Source: Octopus sinensis (lineage: Eukaryota). Taken from it: DNA of 9,016 bases. Shown in pieces: positions 1-7,481 of this stretch. Location of the stretch: contig NW_021828224.1 in NCBI RefSeq assembly GCF_006345805.1, positions 1 to 9,016 of the forward strand, in the 5' to 3' direction. The position numbers and the translations under genes are program-made. Position 1 is the stretch's first letter. The number at the start of each line of letters is the position of its first letter. The notes under the pieces were generated by a model. The model ran no database searches. It saw only the letters and a list, made by a program, of their open reading frames with translations, and was not told the origin of the DNA.

Positions 1-296
1 TAGCTAGCTTTCTAAGCTGTTTGAAGCATAACACCTGTTTCGACCACCGTTTTCCCCGGCAGAAACCAGAATTTCACGGAAGCACGCTGTTCCTTCGTTT
101 CAGCCACTGCAAAAATTGTTGAACAGGGAAGAAGCGCTGTAAAACAGAGACGCACCACGTGGCAGTACGACTCCAGTCAACGACGCCGGAGGGCAGACCG
201 ATGCCTGAGGGTCGCATCAAGTGGCTTCAAGCGGCGGAAAGCTGAACTACTACAGGTTTGTCCCACAGAGACGTTTCCAGTTAATTTTGGGTACAC
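1..296 (-). mobile_element. 5' portion of a decayed mariner-type DNA transposon (continues beyond window start)
   Basis: Minus strand begins GTGTACCCAAAATTAACTGGAA (296-275), resembling a mariner TIR whose outermost bases merge into a (GT)n tract. About 170 bp of leader follows, then a transposase N-terminus. Confidence 0.72.
12..107 (-). pseudogene. mariner transposase N-terminal (HTH) remnant
   Basis: Minus 107->12 translates VAETKEQRASVKFWFLPGKTVVETGVMLQTA*, matching the mariner N-terminal pattern EQR..[IV]KF.F.LGK...ET..ML..AY. The start is GTG (likely from ATG) and TAG at 14-12 lies where Tyr is expected. Confidence 0.75.
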
Positions 297-327
297 ACAC
301 ACAGACACAAACACATACAAACATACC

Positions 328-330
328 TAT

Positions 331-380
<50 letters not shown>
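328..380. repeat. (TA)n microsatellite
   Basis: Directly visible, with one AA interruption near 341; lies between the mariner end and the SINE head. Confidence 0.97.
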
Positions 381-382
<2 letters not shown>

Positions 383-383
<1 letters not shown>

Positions 384-816
384 GCGTAGGAGTGGCTGTG
401 TGGTAAGTAGCTTGCTTACCAACCACATGGTTCCGGATTCAGTCCCACTGCGTGGTACCTTGGGCAAGTGTCTTCTACTATAGCCTCGGGTCGACTAAAG
501 CCTTGTGAGTGGATTTGGTAGATGGAAACTGAAAGAAGCCCGTAGTATATATGTATATATAGATATATATATATATATGTGTGTGTGTGTGTATATGTTT
601 GTGTGTCTGTGTTTGTCCCTCCCCAACATCGCTTGACAACCGATGCTGGTGTGTTTACGTCCCTGTAACTTAGCGGTTCGGCAAAAAGGGACCGATAGAA
701 TAAGTACTAGGCTTACAAAGAATAAGTCCTGGGGTCGATTTCCTCGACTAAAGGCGGTGTTCCAGCATGGCCGCAGTCACATAACTGAAACAAGTAAAAG
801 AGTAAAGAGTAAGAGT
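383..816 (+). mobile_element. full-length tRNA-derived SINE, CORE-like, octopus-type, with internal microsatellite
   Basis: Pol III A-box-like TGGCTGTGTGG (393-403) and B-box-like GATTCAGTCC (436-445). ACCTTGGGCAAGT (457-469) ... AGCCTC (482-487) resembles the MIR/CORE domain. Internal (TA)/(TG) tract ~546-605 and an (AAGAGT)-like tail at ~798-816. The 3' half recurs at 8882-9016. Confidence 0.88.
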
Positions 817-1106
817 ATATGTATGTATGTATGTATATACTCACACATATATATACATTTATATATACATTTATACATACATATGTGTGGGTGTGTGTAT
901 AGAGAGACAGAGGGAGAGCGAGGGAGAGAAGGTGCAGATGGATAAGTAGTTAAATGGATTAATTATGTTGTAATAATTAGTTATATTGATTGATCAATTA
1001 AGCTCCACAACATACATTTTATTGAGCTCAGTTCCTTCCACTTTGATGCATCTTTCCTTAATTAGATCGAACGGTCTTGCTACACACTCTTTAGACGTTT
1101 CACAAA

Positions 1107-1216
1107 TACACACACAGAAGCACACACACACACACACACACAAACATACACACGCACACAAACACACGCACGTGTGTGTGCGCGTGCGCGTTCTTGTGTG
1201 TGTGTGTGTGTGTGTG
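1107..1216. repeat. compound (CA)n/(TG)n microsatellite
   Basis: CA tract followed by TG tract, directly visible; the two tracts are mutually complementary. Confidence 0.9.
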
Positions 1217-1303
1217 TTAAAAAATTTGTAAAACTCTTGTCATATCTTACGCAAATATTCGATACGAAATCATTGAAAATATAGTCATTGGTGCAGGAAC
1301 TCC

Positions 1304-1344
1304 ATATATATATATATATATATTATATATACATATATATATAT

Positions 1345-1419
<75 letters not shown>

Positions 1420-1482
1420 CTTATAATTATATATATAATATATAATATATATATATATTAAATATATTAAATGCATGTATGC

Positions 1483-1519
<37 letters not shown>

Positions 1520-1814
1520 TATTAATATATATGTATATACAGAGAGACAGGGAGTCAGAGAGAGAATGTAGGTACGTTTGTGTATGTTTATCATATATAT
1601 GTGTGTGTGTAGACATATATATATATATATATCTATATACATACATATATGTTTATATATATATATATATATATATCTGTATGCATATACATATGTATAC
1701 ATGCATATATATACCCATATTTACATATATATACGTGTATGTGTGTATGTGTATAGGAGTGTTCATATGTATATATATGTATGTATGTTAAAAATATATT
1801 TGTATATATGTATA

Positions 1815-1842
<28 letters not shown>
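1304..1842. repeat. long compound (TA)n/(TG)n low-complexity tract
   Basis: Directly visible; source of the Y/I-rich spurious ORFs at 1285-1859. Confidence 0.95.
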
Positions 1843-1845
<3 letters not shown>

Positions 1846-1974
1846 TTGTAAGTATATAATTATAAATATATTTCATAATTAGATACTTAAAAATTAATTT
1901 TACCGATACGATTATTTTTTATACGCTAGTCACTATTATAATCATTTTAATGATTTTCCTAATTTATTAATCTA

Positions 1975-2041
<67 letters not shown>

Positions 2042-2042
2042 G

Positions 2043-2078
<36 letters not shown>
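1975..2078. repeat. (TC)n followed by (TA)n microsatellite
   Basis: Directly visible. Confidence 0.95.
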
Positions 2079-2079
<1 letters not shown>

Positions 2080-2187
2080 GCATATTGTATACATACACAC
2101 ATACCCATATTTACGTATATATATGTGTGCATGTATTTATAATATATATATATATATGCATGATATACATATACATATTTATATATA

Positions 2188-3135
2188 CTAGACTTGAAGC
2201 CACCCTTCAGCCGGCAATCAGGCTAGCTCCTGCAGAGAGCAGCTTAGAGGCCTTCGGGATCAATTTTCCATGTTTTTTTTCTTTTTCTTTTTTTTTTTCT
2301 CATTTTATTCTGACGATGAATATTTGCGACACTTTCACGGAGTTAAATGTACTTCCAAACTCACCGTAGTAATTAATTCACTTCATATCTTTAGACTTGA
2401 ACCTCCATTCGTACTAAGCAAGTACAATGTATGTCTCTCGTAGCTACCATAAGTTTTCCATCACTTCACCATTTCCCAAAAGAATATTGAAATGAAATTG
2501 ATATAAAATGAACAGGATCCATTTCATCACAATCTCATTCTATCTTCTATAACAAATTTTTGGTGGGATACTGTAACCGGAAAAGGAAGATTGGTTTTCT
2601 ACCTGGACATAAGTTTCATAAACTTACCGAATATAAATATCCACACTATCACACCTGAAACGTACCTGTTATAATTCTTTATCTTATATTGAATGTACGT
2701 GAAGGTATTTAGAATGCCCAAAATTATTTCTGCAAATGTGCTAAGCACTGATGCTGATCATAGTTTAACCAATTAGCGTAGGAGCGAGGTAAATGCAGTA
2801 AAAATAGGGTGTTCAGTGGGACCCCCATTTAAGCGGCCCTTCAGAAATTGAACCTCCTTACGATACTCCCTGGGAGTTCGTGGTATAAAATTCATTGTCA
2901 ATGCTCTGATTTGGTCTCCAATGCCATGTATTTAGTTTAAAATGCAGTAAAAATAAGGATGGGGTTAGTGGAACTCCAATTAGGCGGCCCTTAAAATATA
3001 GACCCTCTTAGGACATTCCCTGGGATTAGGGAAGTTGCTGGTTTGAGTTTCGTTGTCCTTGCACCAACGTCTAGGAGGAGTTAACGAACATAAAAACGTA
3101 ACGGACAGAGAAAGCATCACTCAAATTTATATAAG

Positions 3136-3136
<1 letters not shown>
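2188..3136 (-). mobile_element. probable non-autonomous Helitron (rolling-circle) element, ~950 bp
   Basis: Minus strand starts A|TCTTATATAA (3136) and ends CTAG|T (2188): TC...CTAG termini in an A|T site with no TSD. Hairpin-capable sequence lies next to the CTAG end (TGAAG-ccacc-CTTCA 2195-2209; AGCC...GGCT 2209-2224). Subterminal ...GGAGGAGTTAA...GACAGA...TTTATATAAGAT architecture is like Lep1-type non-autonomous Helitrons. No Rep/helicase coding recognised. Confidence 0.55.
2791..3025 (+). repeat. diverged internal direct repeat, period ~149 bp
   Basis: AAATGCAGTAAAAATA at 2791 and 2940, each followed by ...GCGGCCCTT...TCCCTGGGA in the same order. Confidence 0.85.

Positions 3137-3187
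<51 letters not shown>
3137..3187. repeat. (TA)n microsatellite between the Helitron-like end and the Tc1 TIR
   Basis: Directly visible, one interruption. Confidence 0.97.
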
Positions 3188-3774
3188 CAGGGGTTGGACA
3201 AAATAATGGAAACACCTTAAAATTTCAAACAAATTAATTTTAATATGGAGTAGGACGGCCTTTGGCAGTAATTACAGCTTCAATTGTATGAGGTAGGGAC
3301 TCGTACAAAGTTTGAATTGTTTCCAAAGGAATTTTTGTCCATTCTTCAGCTAAAACTGTGTCCAGTTCATGTAGTGATGATGGGGCGAATATCGACTCCT
3401 TACTTGTTTTTCTAAAATGCACCATAAATGTTCAATAATTCTCAGATCTGGGGACTGTGGTGGCCAGATAAGATGTCCAACTTCACTAGAATGTTCCTCA
3501 TGCCATTCAGTAACAACTTTAGCTGTGTGAATTGGTGCATTATCAATCTGAAAGATTGCGTTTCCCTCCGGAAACAGTTCCGCAACCATAGGATGAATTT
3601 GATCAGATAAAATGCCTAAATAGTTTTGGCTATTAATTCTGCTATGAAGGTAAACCATTGGGCCTGCAGATTTCCAAGATATAGCCCCTCAGATCATCAC
3701 AGATCCTCCTCCATGTTTAACAGCTGGAAGACGGCAGTCTGGGTCAAATGCTTCTTTTGGCTGTCTCCGGTGGT
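3188..3774 (-). mobile_element. 3' half of a Tc1-like DNA transposon with one TIR
   Basis: TA|CAGGGGTTGGACAAAATAATGGAAACACC (3188-3216) is a Tc1-type TIR next to a TA target. The transposase remnant ends at TAA 3242-3240, just inside it. No matching second TIR was found in the window; the 5' half, including the first catalytic Asp, is missing. Confidence 0.92.
3240..3765 (-). pseudogene. Tc1-family transposase catalytic-domain remnant
   Basis: RQPKEAFDPDCRLPAVKHGGGSVMI*GAISW ... FQIDNAPIHTAKVV ... WPPQSPDLRIIEHLW ... KQVRSRYSP / PSSLHELDTVLAEEWTKIPLETIQTLYESLP...AKGRPTPY*. Lesions: TGA (3691-3689) at the conserved Trp of VM.WG, and a 1-nt frameshift at GGGG 3382-3385. Confidence 0.93.
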
Positions 3775-3951
3775 ATTCGCTGTGATTTTAAAAGTATTCG
3801 CTCTTATAGATTGTAATAAACTTACTGTTCAATATTATATATTATTAAAATTTTTAATTTATATTTTGTATGTTATATGTCTCACAGCATCGTTTTGGGT
3901 GGGTTCTTCATTGACTGAGTTGTGGAATGGTGGTTCGTCTCTAAATTAGTG

Positions 3952-3952
<1 letters not shown>

Positions 3953-3994
<42 letters not shown>
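3953..3994. repeat. (TG)21 microsatellite
   Basis: Directly visible. Confidence 0.96.
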
Positions 3995-3998
<4 letters not shown>

Positions 3999-4367
3999 CA
4001 TATATATATATAGAGAGAGAGAGAGAGGAGGGAAAGAAAGAGATTTGGTCAACAAACAGGAAAATAGAACACATGAGGATATATATGTTTTTCATTAAAA
4101 AATTTTAAATATCAGAGAAACTCAAAGGCCGAGAGTTTCGTGGGTGGCTCGGTTTTTCAGCCACTCTGTAACTTCTGCCTATTATAAATATAAAAAGGTA
4201 CACACACACACACACACTCATATATATATATATATATATATAGATTTAAAATAATAAGGGTGACAAATTGAATATTAATTTGATTAATATCAATTTAAAA
4301 CCAGTGGTCTAGCATATTAAAATCTGAAGATACAGAAAAATTATATTGTATGCACATAAAAGTGATA

Positions 4368-4488
4368 ACCACTACGTGGACATCCATTATGCTAGAAGTA
4401 GATCCCTTATGCTAGAGGTAGAGTGCAAGTATGCATATGTATTTACACGCGGATCTACTTCTAGCATAATGGATGTCCACGTAGTGGT
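4368..4488. repeat. perfect 38-bp inverted repeat with 45-bp spacer (fold-back hairpin)
   Basis: ACCACTACGTGGACATCCATTATGCTAGAAGTAGATCC (4368-4405) is the exact reverse complement of 4451-4488. Confidence 0.95.
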
Positions 4489-4531
4489 CATCCCTCTTAT
4501 ATGCATGTAATATTATATATATATATATATA

Positions 4532-4571
<40 letters not shown>

Positions 4572-4763
4572 CAAACATGGGACAAAAACGCAAAACATCC
4601 AGATAGACAATACAAAAAACACGGACGGGTCATTCGAAAGCTTTAATCTTCAGTCAAGAGCCGGATCATCCTCGCAATTTCGGTTGATTAATCTTGAGAC
4701 TGCTCCAATCTGGCCAGACTCAAGGAAAAACTAAGCTAAGAGCAATAATAGATCCATATGTAT

Positions 4764-4797
<34 letters not shown>

Positions 4798-4938
4798 ACA
4801 TCATCATTTGAAATATACACACATAAATAAATAGACATCTGAATGTATGAATCTTCATATGTTAATATGTGTCAATACTTGCGTGTCTCCATACAATATT
4901 TGTGCGTGCGTTTGTGCACGGGCACGTTCGTACCTTCT

Positions 4939-4951
<13 letters not shown>

Positions 4952-5000
<49 letters not shown>
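4952..5000. repeat. (GA)n microsatellite preceded by (TG)n
   Basis: Directly visible. Confidence 0.96.
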
Positions 5001-5008
<8 letters not shown>

Positions 5009-5088
5009 CAACTATGCATATGTATTGGCACGCGGGTGTATTTGCTTTCGTTGGTTTAAATCTATTTACCAATTAATCCCGGGGCAAA

Positions 5089-5265
5089 ATAACAACAACT
5101 ACAACAGCACTAATCCACCACCACCACCACCACCGCCGCCGCCACCGCCACCGTCACCACAATAACAACCATAACAACATAATCAAAGAAACACAACTAC
5201 TACAATAATCAACCACCAACCACTACAACCACCACCATCGCGACCACGAATGACAACAACATATA
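5089..5265. repeat. degenerate (AAC)n/(ACC)n/(GCC)n trinucleotide tract
   Basis: Directly visible; explains the poly-N/poly-P tail of ORF 4869-5165. Confidence 0.9.
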
Positions 5266-5311
5266 GTTAAAGAATGAAACACAAACTACGACAAAAGAAA
5301 CAGCGAGGCAA

Positions 5312-5704
5312 CAAAATGGAGTCTGTTCTCCCCCTCAAAAGTAATGGCGGACGAAAATTACTTTTTAGCTAAATTTCAAAAGCGACAGATTCAAATCTAA
5401 ATGGATTTATTGTTAAAAACTTGTTTATACAGATTGCGGTGACGGCTTGGGTTTTAATTTCTTTTCTTTTTGTCTCTCTCTGTCTCTCTATCTCTCTTTC
5501 TTTCTATCTCTGTCTGTCTCTTTCTTTCTATTTGTCTCTCTATATCTCAGTGTGTTTCAATATGGAGGAAAAAGGAGCTGGTTGCTCGGCTCGGCTGGCT
5601 GGCTGGCAGGCTGGTTCTTTGGCGCTGACAAACAGCTTTAAAAGGTTAAGTAAACAATTTGTCGTCTTGACATTGACTGCCTGACTACAAGTTACTTTGG
5701 CGCT
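5312..5704. promoter_or_regulatory. candidate cis-regulatory island
   Basis: Two CTTTGGCGCT copies containing the E2F consensus TTTSSCGC (5617-5626, 5695-5704); YY1-like CAAAATGGAG (5312-5321) and AATGGCGG (5343-5350); Fox-type TGTTTAT (5422-5428) and GTAAACA (5650-5656). Motif matches only. Confidence 0.3.
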
Positions 5705-5707
5705 CTA

Positions 5708-6300
5708 TACACACACACACACAGACACACACACACACACACACACACGTGCACACACACACACACACACACTCACACACGCACACACACACACACACAC
5801 ACGTACACACATATACACACACACACATGCATATACGCATACACACACACACACACAAAGACAAGCATTTATATATATATATATGTATGTACACGCGCAC
5901 ACACTCATACAAGTGTATACACAAACTCATACACACACACACGCACGCATACACACACACGTACACACACATACACACACATGCGCATACGCATACACAC
6001 ACAAAGACAGGCATATATATATATGTATATATATATATGTACACGCGCACACACTCACGTGTATACAAAAACTCATACACACATACACACACACACACAC
6101 AGAAATATACACGCATATAACCACATATATGCATATACATACATGCGTGCTTAATTCAAATACAAACGTAGATAAACACATATTCGTGAGTGTGTGTATG
6201 TATAGGCCTGTATACATACACACACACCGACTCAAGACGCACACACGCATGCACACATACACACATACACACACACACTCACACACACACATAGCTATAC
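5708..6300. repeat. compound (CA)n/(TA)n tract containing a ~158-bp higher-order duplication
   Basis: Unique anchors ACGTACACAC, CAAAGACA(A/G)GCAT, GTACACGCGCACACACTCA and AACTCATACAC each occur twice in the same order (units start ~5801 and ~5959). Confidence 0.88.
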
Positions 6301-6588
6301 ATATACAGCTATATATGCTCCAGTATGGAAATCACTAAGATAGGTAAAGCAAACGAGAGAACAAAAGAACATAATCCCTTTTATAAACACAAGCACATCT
6401 CGAAACATACAAATATATACACATGTATATATATATGTATATACATACGTGTACATTATATGTATGTATAGTTTATCGCCTATTTCTATATTTGCACATG
6501 TATTAATGTGTGTACACATGCTAATATATGTGTACAGACTCATCTCTAACTATACTTTACTGTATGTGTATATATGTATGTATGCATG

Positions 6589-6602
<14 letters not shown>

Positions 6603-6637
<35 letters not shown>

Positions 6638-6678
6638 CGTGTGTGTGTGTGTGTGTGTGCCGTGTGTGTGTGTGTGTG
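6603..6678. repeat. (TG)n microsatellite with two CC interruptions 24 bp apart
   Basis: Directly visible (CC at ~6637-6638 and ~6660-6661). Confidence 0.93.
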
Positions 6679-6818
6679 TATGCATATATTCATATATACA
6701 TATACATATATATATATATAAATCAACATAGATTAATGTAGGTATATATAGATATATATTATTTATTATTATATGGTTGAACGCCACACATCCATTTTCA
6801 AGTAAGTTTATATATATG

Positions 6819-6849
<31 letters not shown>

Positions 6850-6850
6850 T

Positions 6851-6855
6851 ATGTC

Positions 6856-6918
<63 letters not shown>
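6851..6918. repeat. (TA)n microsatellite
   Basis: Directly visible, just left of the palindrome. Confidence 0.96.
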
Positions 6919-6922
<4 letters not shown>

Positions 6923-6955
6923 GTGTGTGTATATATATACATATATGTATGTATA

Positions 6956-7417
6956 TTTAAAGTGACTTTAGATACAAACCTTTCACTCTGCAACACTGTA
7001 TATAAATTCTCTTCTGGGAATGACCAAGTTTAAAAATCTCCTGGATCTCACTCATAAGGGAATCTTACATTATTTATAAACTCTATATTTGGATGGACTC
7101 ATTGTAAACTCTGTTGGACTTTTGGACTTTATTCATAGGATATTGGAATATTGCATATATACCATTATGCCTATAAAATGGATTTACAACTTCAATATCC
7201 ATACATATCTTGCATCTATTTTCTTTCCTCTACATCAACCTCTATTTTGTATCTCATCTAAACTAACTATGACTTAACTACCTCTCACCTCTCACACCGT
7301 CTCCGATGAAGGGATATTATTAATTAATATCCTAGAAACAGCTGTAAGACCTTCTATCTATAAATGCTCTAATATCTATACAGCCTTGGTTTTTTTTATC
7401 TCATTACGCAAAAAATT

Positions 7418-7420
<3 letters not shown>
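6956..7420 (+). mobile_element. 5'-truncated 3' end (pLTR-like) of a Penelope-like retroelement, left copy
   Basis: Degenerate LIRESYIIYKL (7051-7083) followed, after a frameshift, by TLYLDGLIVN (7080-7109) fits the C-terminal RE..[WF]I..L.TL.P.GLN pattern of PLE GIY-YIG endonucleases. A hammerhead-like motif and a T-rich tail running into (TA)n follow. Confidence 0.62.
7299..7350 (+). ncRNA. minimal type I hammerhead ribozyme-like motif (variant core)
   Basis: GTCT (stem I) - CCGATGA (7303-7309) - A - 9-bp stem II (7311-7319/7325-7333) - A - GAAA (7335-7338) - palindromic stem III ACAGCTGT (7338-7345) - GUA site at A7346 - AGAC (stem I). It deviates from the canonical core at U4 (C here) and has an A.A at 10.1-11.1. 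Confidence 0.6.

Positions 7421-7478
<58 letters not shown>

Positions 7479-7481
<3 letters not shown>

Noticed and set aside
383-455. tRNA gene
   Set aside because: A/B boxes are present, but I could not fold a proper cloverleaf, and the sequence continues into a SINE body and tail repeated elsewhere in the window.
643-945. 100-aa ORF
   Set aside because: Lies within the SINE 3' half and the following microsatellite.
986-2369. Multiple overlapping ORFs rich in Y/I/H/T/C/V
   Set aside because: They are translations of (TA)n, (CA)n and (TG)n repeats, which lack stops in some frames; no domain-like sequence.
3240-3658. Functional Tc1 transposase
   Set aside because: In-frame stop at the conserved Trp, a frameshift, and missing N-terminal DNA-binding domain, first catalytic Asp and left TIR.
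3626-3949. 107-aa plus-strand ORF or a small terminal exon at ~3889-3949
   Set aside because: Mostly the antisense of the Tc1 transposase plus AT-rich sequence; the peptide is unrecognisable and the acceptor alone is weak evidence.
4105-4170. Third hammerhead on the minus strand (CTGAAAA...GAAACTC...GAGT)
   Set aside because: Lacks the essential G8 (CUGAAAA) and no stem II can form.
4368-4488. CRISPR-like or tandem repeat array
   Set aside because: The repeats are inverted, with only one 16-nt direct duplication; no repeat-spacer periodicity, and the context is eukaryotic.
4869-5165. ORF with poly-RE, poly-N and poly-P (formin/extensin-like look)
   Set aside because: Derived from (GA)n, (AAC)n and (ACC)n tracts; no flanking domain or convincing exon structure.
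6295-6400. Minus-strand splice acceptor (long pyrimidine tract ending CTTAG near 6333)
   Set aside because: The downstream sequence runs into microsatellite within ~30 nt; no donor or meaningful peptide was found.
5685-7033. Long ORFs including the 213-aa ORF at 5697-6338
   Set aside because: HT/CV/YI dipeptide repeats from microsatellites; not credible proteins.
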